Positions 27,549 through 37,551 are shown, counted from the stretch's first letter. The stretch is DNA of 64,000 nucleotides from Elusimicrobiota bacterium (GCA_041694815.1 JBGFSC010000049.1:1-64000); one strand, 5' to 3'. The notes: generated by a model not told the origin, from the sequence alone. Translations and numbers: made by a program.

Positions 27549-29279
27549 ATGGGTGCCGTCCATGCTCTGCTTACGATCCTGCTCGGTTTCTCGACTCCGG
27601 CCGACGCCGCGCAAGAAACGCACGCGCTTTGCCCACGCGTGCGCCTCCTCGGGCGCGACCCCGGGTTCTCGGAAGTGGAGAAGCGGCTGCTCTGCGGGGA
27701 TTCGGATTCCGACGGGTGGAAGGAGGTGCCGCTCTCCCAGGCGCGCCATTTCATGACGGCCTTTCTGCAGAGCCGCGGGTATCATTTCCCGAAGTTTCAG
27801 ACCGAGGGCGAGACCATGCTCGTAGATGTCGGCACCCGGACGTTCGTACGGCAGATCACCGGCAGCGGGACCGAGGGGATCTTCGACATCGCCAAGCGGC
27901 GCAAGATCGTCGGCGAGGCGCTGACCCCGGGCGTGCTCGACAAGGCCAGGGAGGCCATCGCGTTCGAATTGCAAAGCCGCGGCTACGCCTGCCCTAAGGT
28001 CCAACTGAGCGCGGACGCCCGCACCGGCCTCGTCAGGGCGAGCGTGGCGCCGGGCCCGGTCTACACCCTCTCCGGCATCGAGGCGGGCCGGGTCGAAAAG
28101 GTCGATCCCGGGGTCTTTAGCCGCTTTGAGGCCTTCGAGCCCGGCATCCCATTCGATATACGGCTTCTGTCGCTTACCTCGGAGCGCATCAAGCAGGACG
28201 CCCTCTTTTTGAGCGCGTACTATGACGTGGCGTGCAGCTCGACGGGCCTTAAGATCACGCAGCGCGTGATCGAGGGTCCGCCGCACTTGATCACCGTCGG
28301 CGTGGGCCTCGACACGGAAGGCCTCGTTCACGGGAGAGCGCGCGTGCGCCAGTCCCGGATCGGATATCGCGCCAGCTCGGCCGAGGCCTCGGTCTTCGCC
28401 AGCAAGCTGGAGCAGTCGATCAACGGATTCATGCATTACTACTTGTCGCCTTCAGAACGGACGCACCTGCGGCCGGCCGGCTTTTTCCGGCGCGAGGACG
28501 AGGTTCAGTACCAGGCCGCGCGCTCCCAGGTCTCCTTGAGCCCCGCTTGGACCCACGACGGCGAGGACCTGCATTTAGAGGTCCGCGGAGGCCCTTCCGG
28601 AAATTATTTCGACACGATCGAGGGCCTGGGGCCCGCCGAATCGATCTTTTTCGGGTTCGGCGCCCGCGCGCAGATCATGACGCATCTCTATGAATATTAT
28701 GCCCGAGACCCGCGGCGCGGTTGGATGGCGGAACTGGAGACCTTCTCGCGCCTGGCCGGCGCAGGATCGGAGCTGTCGGAGCATCGCGTACTGGCCTCCG
28801 GGGAATCGCTCTGGAATCTCGGCAAATTCGACCCTCCCGTCGCCATCTTGGCGACCCGCGGCCTCTTGGGCACCACATGGACCGCCGACCCGCCCTCCGC
28901 CTTCACGCGGCTGCCGCCCACCGAGCGCTTCTTCCTCGGCGGAGACGCGACGCTGCGCGGCTTCCAGCGCAAGCGCTTGCCCGATGAAGCCACGGGGTTT
29001 CTGACCGTCGCCTATCAAGGCGTGGAGCTTCGCGCCGGAGACATCCTCCCCTACAATCTGCAGCCCCTGGTGTTTATCGACGCCGGCATGGGGGGTGTGC
29101 GCCATTTCCACCTCGACTCGGACGTTTATTATTCGCCCGGTTTCGGGGTTCGCTGGGGCTCTCCCGTCGGCGCCGTGAGGGCGACCTTGGCCCGAGGCCT
29201 GGTCTGGCGCGCCTCCAGTCCGGTGGATCCGCCCAAGCCCCGCTGGCAATTCTTCTTCAGCTTCGGCCGGGAGTTCTAG
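27549..29279 (+). CDS. tamA: Omp85/TamA family outer-membrane protein
   Basis: Signal peptide, POTRA-like region, FFLGG..LRGF, WGSPVGAVR, terminal Phe; upstream of tamB. Confidence 0.8.
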   Translation: MGAVHALLTILLGFSTPADAAQETHALCPRVRLLGRDPGFSEVEKRLLCGDSDSDGWKEVPLSQARHFMTAFLQSRGYHFPKFQTEGETMLVDVGTRTFVRQITGSGTEGIFDIAKRRKIVGEALTPGVLDKAREAIAFELQSRGYACPKVQLSADARTGLVRASVAPGPVYTLSGIEAGRVEKVDPGVFSRFEAFEPGIPFDIRLLSLTSERIKQDALFLSAYYDVACSSTGLKITQRVIEGPPHLITVGVGLDTEGLVHGRARVRQSRIGYRASSAEASVFASKLEQSINGFMHYYLSPSERTHLRPAGFFRREDEVQYQAARSQVSLSPAWTHDGEDLHLEVRGGPSGNYFDTIEGLGPAESIFFGFGARAQIMTHLYEYYARDPRRGWMAELETFSRLAGAGSELSEHRVLASGESLWNLGKFDPPVAILATRGLLGTTWTADPPSAFTRLPPTERFFLGGDATLRGFQRKRLPDEATGFLTVAYQGVELRAGDILPYNLQPLVFIDAGMGGVRHFHLDSDVYYSPGFGVRWGSPVGAVRATLARGLVWRASSPVDPPKPRWQFFFSFGREF

Positions 29280-29590
29280 TGCTGCGACCGACCCATAACG
29301 CCCCTTTGCGCCGCGCAGATTTGCGGCGAGCGCAAGGCGGTCGACGCGTGGCGTACTGGATGTACGACGCGCGTCGACCAACGCAGCGATCGCCCAAAGA
29401 TGCGCGGCCTGTTCCTCAATGGATTTCGTCGGCTATGCCGACGAAATCCTATCAGCGGAAAGGAGGCTCAAGACTGGCCTCCTGCGTCGTTGCTCCTAGG
29501 GCACGGGCATTGAGCCCGAGCCCGTCGTCGCGCCTAGCAGGAGGCCAGTCTTGAGCCTCGCAAAGGGGCGTTATGGGTCGGTCGCAGCAC
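29279..29590. mobile_element. 312-bp MITE-like element with 32-bp perfect terminal inverted repeats, TA flanks
   Basis: GTGCTGCGACCGACCCATAACGCCCCTTTGCG (29279-29310) is the exact reverse complement of 29559-29590; TA on both sides. Confidence 0.85.
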
Positions 29591-29592
29591 TA

Positions 29593-31794
29593 ATGCGCAG
29601 GGTTCTGACGTGGCTGCTTCGTCTCGTCCTGATCTTTCTGGGGATGCTGGCTCTGGCGCTGGCCGCGCTCGTCGCCAGGCCCTCGCTGCTGCTCAATACG
29701 AAGAACGTTTCCGCCGCGTTGCGCCGCTTCGCCGAGGCCTACCAGCCTCGATGGACCGATTTGAGCGTCGCCGCCGAGAACGCGGGACTCAGGGATATCC
29801 GACTGAGAGTTCAGGCCGACGATTTTTGCGTCGATCAACCCGGCAGGCTGGCCGCTTGCGCCACCCGGCTGGACTGCGACGTCACCCTGCGTTTGGGCCT
29901 ATCGCTGATCGGATCGCTTAAACGGCTCGACCATTTAGAGCTCCGCATTCCCCGGGCCAAGCTCTTCTCTTCGAGCCAAACGGTGACGGCCCGCCTCGAA
30001 GCTTTTTTCTCGAGCGGTGAACGCAAGCCGCTCGCCATCGATGCGTATATCGTCGAACGCGCAAGCGCCCCGCCCCGGGCGAGAAGCACCCGCGCAAGGC
30101 TTTTATTAGAGTCTGATCTGCTGCGGGAGGGACGCTTGTCGTTCTTGGAGCTTAAAGCCGGCGTCGAGGCCGAGCCCGGACTGCTGCTCAACTCGCGCGC
30201 GCGGATCGAGCCCGCAGGCGAAGGCCTCGTCCTCAAGGCAGAGGCGGCGGCGCGCTTGGGAGCCCGATTGTCCCGCGCCCGGCTCGACGCCGCGTGGAAC
30301 GCGCAGCATGCTTCGGCGGAGGCGGCCGCGGCGTTCGAAGATCCGGGGGGGCCCTTGCGTCGCGCCGAGCTGCGCTCCTGCCGTCTGGAGGCCCCGCTGC
30401 AGAACGGACGGCCGCGCAAGGCCGAGCTGCGCTGCGCGCTGGCCCTGGGGCCCGCCCCCTTCGGCATGCCGAAGGGCCGGCGGCCGCCCGAAATCACGGG
30501 ACGCCTTTCCCTCGACGCGGATTTTTTCCCGCGCGGGGTCGCGAGGGATCGCTTCAAGGCGGATCTTAAGACGATCATCGAGCCGCAGCCGAGCTTCTAT
30601 GGGTTTTTCGCTCGCCTGGAGGCGAAGCTTTCCGGCGAGACGGGGCGCTTGGCGAAAAGCCTCGAGTCCGAGCATCAGTTGGAGGCGGGTTTCGACGCCA
30701 CGCGTTTTGCGGACGTCGTGGAATTCTTCGAGGGCACGGCCTACGCCATCGGCGCTCCCTTCAACGCGATGCGGGGGCCGCTCCGTTTCCGACTGCGATC
30801 GCAAGGCCGCAGTCGGACCGGTTCCCAGGACGTCGAGTATGGGCTCACCAGCGACCTTGCCTCCGCCAGGCAGCGCCTCAAGGCCCGGGTCCGCGGCAAC
30901 GTGCGGATCAAGGATCTGCTGACGCCAAGGCGGCGAATCATAAACGAGACCCAGGTGGATCTTCAGGACATCGCGCTCGAGCTTCCCTATCTTGAAATCG
31001 GATCGACTCCGGCGCTGCGGCGCGACCCCCGCATCCACGCGGGCGCGCCCGGCCCGGCCCCGCCGCCGGCCAAATCGACGCAATCGGCGGTCGCGTATTC
31101 GGTGCGCGTGCTGACCCGCAGGCCCGTTCGGCTGCTTTCCAATCTCGTCGAGGGCAGCTCCATCCCCATCTCCTTGGACCTGACCGCCAAACCCGCCGGG
31201 CTGAGCGGACAAATCCGCATCGAATCCTTCGACACGGAGCTCTTCCGCCAGAAAGGGCGCGTGGACCACCTGACCCTGACCCCTCGCCCCGGCGTCGACG
31301 CCATGGGGCTCGATGGGCGCCTCGTGTACAAACGGCAGGACGTCACGATCAACATCCTGTTGTTGGGAAGCACGGAAAAGCCCCAAGTCGCGTTCCAGAG
31401 CGATCCGCCGATGGATCAAAACGAGATCGTCTCGGTGCTGCTCTACGGAAAATCGCCCGCGCAGCTCTCCAGCGACGAGCAGGCCAGCGCCGGCAACGCC
31501 GCCAACGCCTTCACCAGCGGCGCCTTCGGCCTAGCCTCGCTCTATCTCTTCGCCTCGACGCCGGTCGAGTCGGTCGGATACGACGCCGCCACCCAGAGCT
31601 ATGAGGTGCGCTTCAAGCTCCCCGGAGGAGCCAGCCTCGCCGTCGGCTCCGACCTCGAGGAGTCGCGGACCTTGTCCTTGCGCAAGCGTGTGGTGCGCAA
31701 CGTGGAGCTCGAGATGCAGTTGCGCCGGGACGGCGACGATGCCCAGCAGCGCAATGTGCTGACGACCTTCCTGCAGTGGTTTCGCCGTTATTAA
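29593..31794 (+). CDS. tamB: TamB/AsmA-like protein
   Basis: N-terminal TM anchor; C-terminal GSTEKPQVAFQSDPPMDQNEIVSVLLYGK. Confidence 0.75.
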   Translation: MRRVLTWLLRLVLIFLGMLALALAALVARPSLLLNTKNVSAALRRFAEAYQPRWTDLSVAAENAGLRDIRLRVQADDFCVDQPGRLAACATRLDCDVTLRLGLSLIGSLKRLDHLELRIPRAKLFSSSQTVTARLEAFFSSGERKPLAIDAYIVERASAPPRARSTRARLLLESDLLREGRLSFLELKAGVEAEPGLLLNSRARIEPAGEGLVLKAEAAARLGARLSRARLDAAWNAQHASAEAAAAFEDPGGPLRRAELRSCRLEAPLQNGRPRKAELRCALALGPAPFGMPKGRRPPEITGRLSLDADFFPRGVARDRFKADLKTIIEPQPSFYGFFARLEAKLSGETGRLAKSLESEHQLEAGFDATRFADVVEFFEGTAYAIGAPFNAMRGPLRFRLRSQGRSRTGSQDVEYGLTSDLASARQRLKARVRGNVRIKDLLTPRRRIINETQVDLQDIALELPYLEIGSTPALRRDPRIHAGAPGPAPPPAKSTQSAVAYSVRVLTRRPVRLLSNLVEGSSIPISLDLTAKPAGLSGQIRIESFDTELFRQKGRVDHLTLTPRPGVDAMGLDGRLVYKRQDVTINILLLGSTEKPQVAFQSDPPMDQNEIVSVLLYGKSPAQLSSDEQASAGNAANAFTSGAFGLASLYLFASTPVESVGYDAATQSYEVRFKLPGGASLAVGSDLEESRTLSLRKRVVRNVELEMQLRRDGDDAQQRNVLTTFLQWFRRY

Positions 31795-32702
31795 CGGCGC
31801 GCCGTCTCCTTCTGGGAGCCAGCCGCTTCCACCCCGCGCCGGGAGGGAGCTCCGCTCGGCACCCCCAAGACCGGCTTGGGGCAATGCCGCAGCACGCGCT
31901 CGGCCGTCGTTCCCAAGATGGTGTCGCTTAAAAAGCCCTTCCGATGCGCCGCCAAGACGACGAGATCGGACTCCCCAGCCGCATCGACGATCTGCTCGAC
32001 CGCGTCGCCGATCGCCAAGTGCATCTGGGGTTCGCAGGCCTCGCGCAGGGGCGCCGGCAGCTTATCTATTTCCTTGGAAAGCAGGTGCCTGCGGGCCTTA
32101 AGCCCTCCCTCCTCGGCGTAGACGGGAGTGTCGAGCACGTTGAGCGCGTGCAGGCGCGCGCCGAAGGCCTGGGCGACCCGTGCCCCGAAGCGCAACGCCT
32201 CCAAGGCGTACGGCTCGAAGTTGACGGGCACCAGCACCGAACGCACGTGCGTCTGGGGGCCCCGGGCCACCCAGACGGGGATCGAGGAATGCCGCAGCAT
32301 CGCCTCGGCGATGGAGCCCTTAAGCAGCCTTTCTAAGCCCTTGCGCCCGTGCGTGCCCATGACCAAGAGATCGTACCCCGGCTGGCGTTCCCAGGAGAGT
32401 ATGTTCTCCTCGATGGAGCCGGAGGCCACGCGCAGCTGCGCGTCCGGCCCCAGGCGCCCTTTCAAGTTCTCCAGCGCCTCGCTGCTGGCATGGGCCGTCA
32501 AGTAGGGCTCCCCCACCCCAAGCCCCATCATCGAATACACCCATTGCTGGACATAAAGCCCCTCGACCTTCGCGCCGAACTTGGCCGAAAGGCTGCGCGC
32601 CTGGTTCCAGGCGAATACCGAGGCCTCCGACACGTCCAATGGAACCAAGATTTTCTTGGGCGGGAAAAGGAGAGGCGGCACTTCTTTCTTGAATTGATCC
32701 AT
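31791..32702 (-). CDS. Tandem-domain universal stress protein
   Basis: ILVPLDVS, LVMGTHGRKG...GSIAE, second domain GTTAERVLRH. Confidence 0.9.
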   Translation of the reverse strand: MDQFKKEVPPLLFPPKKILVPLDVSEASVFAWNQARSLSAKFGAKVEGLYVQQWVYSMMGLGVGEPYLTAHASSEALENLKGRLGPDAQLRVASGSIEENILSWERQPGYDLLVMGTHGRKGLERLLKGSIAEAMLRHSSIPVWVARGPQTHVRSVLVPVNFEPYALEALRFGARVAQAFGARLHALNVLDTPVYAEEGGLKARRHLLSKEIDKLPAPLREACEPQMHLAIGDAVEQIVDAAGESDLVVLAAHRKGFLSDTILGTTAERVLRHCPKPVLGVPSGAPSRRGVEAAGSQKETARR

Positions 32703-32838
32703 GGCGACCTCCTGGCCGGACGATCCGCCATATTTATTGTGCTACGGGGATGTTTAGGCTCTGTGACGAACGGCGGCTGCTTGGGAATAGACATTTACGC
32801 GCCTCGGGCGCGTGACTCGTCGCGCTTGACGTTTGCAC

Positions 32839-32886
32839 GGTGCCAGGGATTGACTTTCGCCTAGGCGAAAGTCAATCCCTGGCACC
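32839..32886. repeat. Perfect 48-bp palindrome (REP/REPIN-like)
   Basis: GGTGCCAGGGATTGACTTTCGCCT|AGGCGAAAGTCAATCCCTGGCACC. Confidence 0.85.
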
Positions 32887-32929
32887 ATCTTCGCGAGTAT
32901 TCCGCGCTCAAAGGGCGTAAAAGCTAGAT

Positions 32930-34801
32930 TTAATGCAGAACGGCCGTCTCAAGCAAAATCAGTATCAACCCGATGATCGACCCCCCGGCGATCCCGCCGG
33001 CGCAAAGGGTCTCGGAATTCTCGACGAAGACGCGATAGGACCAACTCGTCTTCTCGCGCAGGGACTTGGAGGCCCACCACACGAGAATCGAGCCCAGTCC
33101 CATCGCGAGCGAGTCGGGAAACTGCAGGACGAAGGCCAGGCCGATCCCCACGCCGGAGACCGGAAAACGGCCGTGCGTCTTAATATTGGCGATCTCGATG
33201 GCGACGCCCAAAACGGCGCCGATCACGATGGCCGCACGGGCCGTCGGGTGCAGGAAGCTTAAGCCCTTCGTCAGCACCTCGGCGACGGCCCGCCATACCT
33301 GCGCGCCCGGCATGGGGAGGGTGTCGGACATGAGCAGCGAGAGATCGCCGTGGATCATGAAATAGAAGACGGGAATCGAGGCGGCCGCTCCGGCGAAGAT
33401 CCCCAGCACGTGCCCGACGGCCTGGTGCCGGGGCTTGCCCCCCAACATATAGCCAGGCTTGATATCCATGAGCAGGTTGGCCGCGCTGGAGGTCACCTCG
33501 CCGGTGATGCCCGCCGTCATGAGATTGGTGGTCACGTTGCCCGGGGCCAGCACGCTATAAGTAAGCTGGGTCAGCTTTCCCATGGCGCCGAGCGGGGTGA
33601 TCGAGGTGAGGCCGGTCGAATTCACCGCGATCAAGGTGAAAACGAAGACCAGGGGGATGGCGACCAATCCCAGCCACCATTTGATCCCGAAAAAGGCGTG
33701 CCCGGTCCAAATCGTGATGAGGCCCAGCAGGGGAATCCCGATGACGAACAGCCTCATCGGAAGCTCGATGTCCTTGAGCACGTCGACCTGCTTGGAGCGG
33801 CCGAGCATGCCCCGGAAGGAATCCAGGATGACCTTCGGCTTGGCAAGGAAGGAATATAAGGAGGCGGTCGTCATCATCGCGACCCCTCCCCACAGAGCCC
33901 ACATGGTAATGTTTTTGAACCCGGTGCCGGCGATCACGCCTTTTTGGATCATCCAAGGCGCCAGGAAGCAGTAATTGATCACTGCGCCCAAAAGCAGCGA
34001 CACCCCGGTTTTGACCCCCATGAGCCCGCCTGCCGCGACCATCACGATAGAGGAGTCGAATTGGACGTTCAAGTCCCGCAGGGGCGTGCCAAAAATCCTG
34101 GGCGTCCACCAGCGGTAGATCATATCGTCCCAATACTCGGGCAGGGCGGCCCATTTGAGCCGCAGCGCGCCCATCACCTTCTCGCTGCGCATGGTCTGTA
34201 TCAGGGCCGAGGCGGCCGCACCCGCGGCGAGTATCTTCGCCTTAAAAAGCCCTTCCTTGCCTTCGCTGGTATGGAGATTGTCCATGACGATTCCAGCGGC
34301 GAAACCCTCGGGAAAGGGCAATTGCTCGTCGTTGATGAAGCGTTTCTTAAGCGGGAAGGCGAAGAGCACGCCCAGGATGCCGAGCTCGATGACCCAGATC
34401 ATGGTCTGCTGCCACGGGATCATTTGCCCCGTAACGGCCATATAGGCGGCCAACGAGGTTATCAAGGGAGAAGTCATATACCCGGCGCTGGTCGCGATGG
34501 ACTGCATGGCGTTATTCTCGAGCACCGTCATCTCGCTACCCAATTTGAGCTTGGAGAGCAGCTTGAACAGCGCGAAGGAAAGGATGACGGAGGTCACGCC
34601 CACGCCGAGGGTCCAACCGGTGCGGATGCCGACGTAGAGGTTCGTGAGGCTCAGCACCCCGCCGAGAACCATGCCCGTCAAGGCCGAGCGGATCGTCAAC
34701 TGGGGCATGTCGCCGCGGTAGACGTTCTCAAGCCACCAGCGGTCCTTCTCTTCCAGGGTCCAGTTGCGGATCTGCTCGGGGGTCAATTCATGGATGGCCA
34801 T
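32930..34801 (-). CDS. OPT family oligopeptide transporter
   Basis: QLTIRS, NLYVGIRTG, ENNAMQSIATSAG, LPFPEG, DIKPGY. Confidence 0.92.
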   Translation of the reverse strand: MAIHELTPEQIRNWTLEEKDRWWLENVYRGDMPQLTIRSALTGMVLGGVLSLTNLYVGIRTGWTLGVGVTSVILSFALFKLLSKLKLGSEMTVLENNAMQSIATSAGYMTSPLITSLAAYMAVTGQMIPWQQTMIWVIELGILGVLFAFPLKKRFINDEQLPFPEGFAAGIVMDNLHTSEGKEGLFKAKILAAGAAASALIQTMRSEKVMGALRLKWAALPEYWDDMIYRWWTPRIFGTPLRDLNVQFDSSIVMVAAGGLMGVKTGVSLLLGAVINYCFLAPWMIQKGVIAGTGFKNITMWALWGGVAMMTTASLYSFLAKPKVILDSFRGMLGRSKQVDVLKDIELPMRLFVIGIPLLGLITIWTGHAFFGIKWWLGLVAIPLVFVFTLIAVNSTGLTSITPLGAMGKLTQLTYSVLAPGNVTTNLMTAGITGEVTSSAANLLMDIKPGYMLGGKPRHQAVGHVLGIFAGAAASIPVFYFMIHGDLSLLMSDTLPMPGAQVWRAVAEVLTKGLSFLHPTARAAIVIGAVLGVAIEIANIKTHGRFPVSGVGIGLAFVLQFPDSLAMGLGSILVWWASKSLREKTSWSYRVFVENSETLCAGGIAGGSIIGLILILLETAVLH

Positions 34802-34820
34802 GGGGGGATTATATCGCTTT

Positions 34821-34863
34821 AACGGCAGCTTTTACGCGCCCGAGGCGCGTAAAAGCCGCCGTT
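34821..34863. repeat. Intergenic 43-bp near-perfect palindrome
   Basis: AACGGCAGCTTTTACGCGCC-CGA-GGCGCGTAAAAGCCGCCGTT; related pieces at 32769-32925. Confidence 0.7.
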
Positions 34864-34869
34864 TACGCC

Positions 34870-34896
34870 GCGAGCCCGGCTTAATGCCGGGCTCGC
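34870..34896 (-). terminator. Hairpin downstream of the SWIB gene
   Basis: 11-bp stem GCGAGCCCGGC/GCCGGGCTCGC, no strong U-tract. Confidence 0.4.
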
Positions 34897-34918
34897 TCAA
34901 CGGATGCGACGAGACGGT

Positions 34919-35176
34919 TTATTTCAGGTGCTTGGCGACGAGCTTCGTCATCTCGAACATGTTGACGGTGCCCTTGCCGCCGAAAACGGCCTTGAGATTC
35001 CCATCGGCATTGATGTTGCGCTTGTTCTTGGAATCCTGCAGCTTGTTCTTCTTGATGTAGGCCCAGAGCTTCTTGGTGACCTCGGTGCGCGGCAGCGGCT
35101 TGCTGCCGACAACCTTCGCCAACGCGTCGCTGGGCTTCAACTCCTTCATGAAAGCAGCATTCGCCTTTCTAGCCAT
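34919..35176 (-). CDS. Stand-alone SWIB/MDM2 domain protein
   Basis: PSDALAKVVG..PLPRTEVTKKLWAYIKKNKLQD..NKRNINAD; AGGAGG SD. Confidence 0.92.
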   Translation of the reverse strand: MARKANAAFMKELKPSDALAKVVGSKPLPRTEVTKKLWAYIKKNKLQDSKNKRNINADGNLKAVFGGKGTVNMFEMTKLVAKHLK

Positions 35177-35287
35177 GAATTCCAGCCTCCTTTTATACGC
35201 CCAGCGGCCGCACCCAAAGCCGCTTAGGGTGCGATATTCTACAACAATAATTTATCGCCCGCGCAAGGGCTCGGCGCGGGTCCCGGG

Positions 35288-35848
35288 TTAATGGAATGCC
35301 ACGGGAACGTCTTCCCGATGGGCCGCGGCCACCTGGAACATCTCCTGTGGCTTGAGGCGCAATAGCAGCGCCACGAACAGGTCGGGGATGGTCCGGATGC
35401 GTATGTTGTAGGTGTTGACCGTATCGTTGTAGAACTCGCGCCGATCCGCGATCTGAGATTCCAGGCCCGTAATCCTAGATTGCAGCTGCTGGAAGGAGGC
35501 CTGGGCCTTGAGGTCCGGATAATTCTCGGCCAAGGCGAAGAGCTGCCGCAACGCCCCTTGCAGCCCCCCTTCGGCCTGGCCCTTGGCTCCCGGCCCCTGG
35601 GCCAGCATCAAGGCCTCGCGCGCCTTCATCACGCGGTCGAAAACGGCCTTCTCATGGGTCATGTAGCCCTGGCAGGCGGCCACTAGCTTGGGGAGCTCGT
35701 CGTAGCGCTGCTTGAGCAGCACGTCGATATTGGACCATGCCTTCTGGATGTTACTGGAGACGACGACGAGCCCGTTGTAGATCACGATCCCGTAGGAAAG
35801 CAGCGCGAACGCGACGAGCGCGGCGACTACCAAGCCAACCAGTCCCAT
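35288..35848 (-). CDS. lemA: LemA family protein
   Basis: AWSNIDVLLKQRYDELP, LAENYPDLKA, RREFYND. Confidence 0.93.
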   Translation of the reverse strand: MGLVGLVVAALVAFALLSYGIVIYNGLVVVSSNIQKAWSNIDVLLKQRYDELPKLVAACQGYMTHEKAVFDRVMKAREALMLAQGPGAKGQAEGGLQGALRQLFALAENYPDLKAQASFQQLQSRITGLESQIADRREFYNDTVNTYNIRIRTIPDLFVALLLRLKPQEMFQVAAAHREDVPVAFH

Positions 35849-36813
35849 GAATTCCTCCTCTGCCTTTCTTTAAACAGCACTATCGCCACCCCGAGCACGA
35901 ATCCCCCCAGAGCCATCTCGGCGGTCGTCGCGTGGGAAAAGCCCCTGGAAAGCGCGGCATGCGCCCCAAAGGCGCTGACGGCGATGCCCCCGAGGATCCC
36001 GACCAGCGACCTCCACCCGAACAGCCGCGCCATCTCGCTGCCGGACTCCGTATCGTCTAAGAGCATACGGTGATCGGCGCCTTTGCGCAACACCAATCGA
36101 TCCTCCTCGGGAACGCGCTCCTCCATGGCCCTCTCGTCTTCCCAAAATCTGGCTTCCTCGCGGCGGCGGAACTCGTCCCACGCCTGCAGGTCGTAACTGC
36201 CGTCGGGCTTAAGCCCCGTCTCGGCGCCGCGCTGCGGGTCCTTCTTGGCCGCCTCGATGCGCGCCGCCAGCCTCGCCTTCGCCGTGGCCGCAATCGGCGA
36301 GACCCGCGCCAGCTCCCCGACCGCGTAGAGGGGCGCGTAGGGATGCACGGCCCACTCCCTGACCCGGAGCCTGCGCCCCCCGAGCCACCCGAAAGAGCTC
36401 ACACCCCAGGAGCCCACGAGGGTTTGAAGGCGGGCGTCACTGACGTCTACGGGGATGATGCGCTCCTCCACGTGCAGCTCGGCGCCCCGGGCGTCGACGG
36501 TGACGCGCCCCGTGTCGTCTTCCAGGTAGAAGAGCTGCTTGGAGTCGACCTCGCGGATCACGCACCAGCGCGAGTTCTTTTCCCCCTTGAGTTCTTCGAC
36601 GGCGCAGCGCCACCAGCAGGCGGGAAGCTCCGAGGCCGGGGCTTTGAGCTCCTCCCGAGGCATGGAGTTCCCCGAAAGCGCGACGAGGCCCAATGCCGCC
36701 GAGCGCACCTTGGACACGGGTATATTCTCCAGATGCCTCTTTTTCTTGAGCTCGAGCAGGCCCCAGGAGAGCATCGCTGGGCCGGCGATGAGCGCGTAGA
36801 GGGCGTGCGCCAT
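35827..36813 (-). CDS. GIDE-domain membrane protein
   Basis: IPVSKVRSAALGLVALSG, FYLEDDTGRVTVD; upstream of lemA. Confidence 0.7.
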   Translation of the reverse strand: MAHALYALIAGPAMLSWGLLELKKKRHLENIPVSKVRSAALGLVALSGNSMPREELKAPASELPACWWRCAVEELKGEKNSRWCVIREVDSKQLFYLEDDTGRVTVDARGAELHVEERIIPVDVSDARLQTLVGSWGVSSFGWLGGRRLRVREWAVHPYAPLYAVGELARVSPIAATAKARLAARIEAAKKDPQRGAETGLKPDGSYDLQAWDEFRRREEARFWEDERAMEERVPEEDRLVLRKGADHRMLLDDTESGSEMARLFGWRSLVGILGGIAVSAFGAHAALSRGFSHATTAEMALGGFVLGVAIVLFKERQRRNSWDWLAW

Positions 36814-36816
36814 GCG

Positions 36817-37551
36817 CTAGGATTTGGAGTCGATAAGCTCGGCGAGCTCCATGTACCCACGCCTGCGGGCGATGCCGGCGGCGCTCTCGCCGGTGAGATC
36901 CGTGAGCCGGGTGTCGGCGCCGGCATCCAGCAGCATGCGCACGGCATCGGCGTTGCCGTGATGCGCCGCCCACATCAGCGCGCTGTAGCCGAAGCGCCCC
37001 TGGACGTTAAGGTCGGGCTTCTTGGAGAGAAGGAAAAGCAGCGGCGCCGTGGGCTTGAGGCGAACGACTCTCATCAACGGAGTGAACCCGTTGGAGTCCC
37101 GGGCGTTGACGTCGGCCCCGTGGCGGAGCAGCGCCTGGGCGGCCTCTTCGTAGCCGGCGATGGCGGCATACATGAACGCGGTCATCCCGTGTCCATCCTT
37201 GGCGTCGACCTTGGCGCCACTCTGCGCCAGGAGCTCGAGAATATCCGCCTTCGCGTTCTTGGCCGCCTCGATAACCGCCAGGAAGGAGGGGGCCCCCTCG
37301 GGCTTGATCTTCGCGCCGCGCTCGAGCAGCAGCTTCACGGTCTCGGCGTTTCCGTGCCCGACGGCCCACATGAAGGCGGAATATCCGCGCGAGTCCTTGG
37401 CATGTAGATCCGCGCCTTGATCCAGCAGCGATTTGACCTCATCCACCTTACCGCCCTTGGCGGCTTCGATGAGCGAATTATTTAGGTCCGCCGCGCGGGC
37501 GGATACCGCAAAAAGAAGGAAAAATAAGGATAAACGCGCCGGTTTCTTCAT
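36817..37551 (-). CDS. Ankyrin-repeat protein with signal peptide
   Basis: About six GxTALMxA-type repeats. Confidence 0.9.
   Translation of the reverse strand: MKKPARLSLFFLLFAVSARAADLNNSLIEAAKGGKVDEVKSLLDQGADLHAKDSRGYSAFMWAVGHGNAETVKLLLERGAKIKPEGAPSFLAVIEAAKNAKADILELLAQSGAKVDAKDGHGMTAFMYAAIAGYEEAAQALLRHGADVNARDSNGFTPLMRVVRLKPTAPLLFLLSKKPDLNVQGRFGYSALMWAAHHGNADAVRMLLDAGADTRLTDLTGESAAGIARRRGYMELAELIDSKS

Noticed and set aside
29279..29554. 91-aa ORF between tamA and tamB
   Set aside because: Lies wholly inside the palindromic MITE; no transposase motifs
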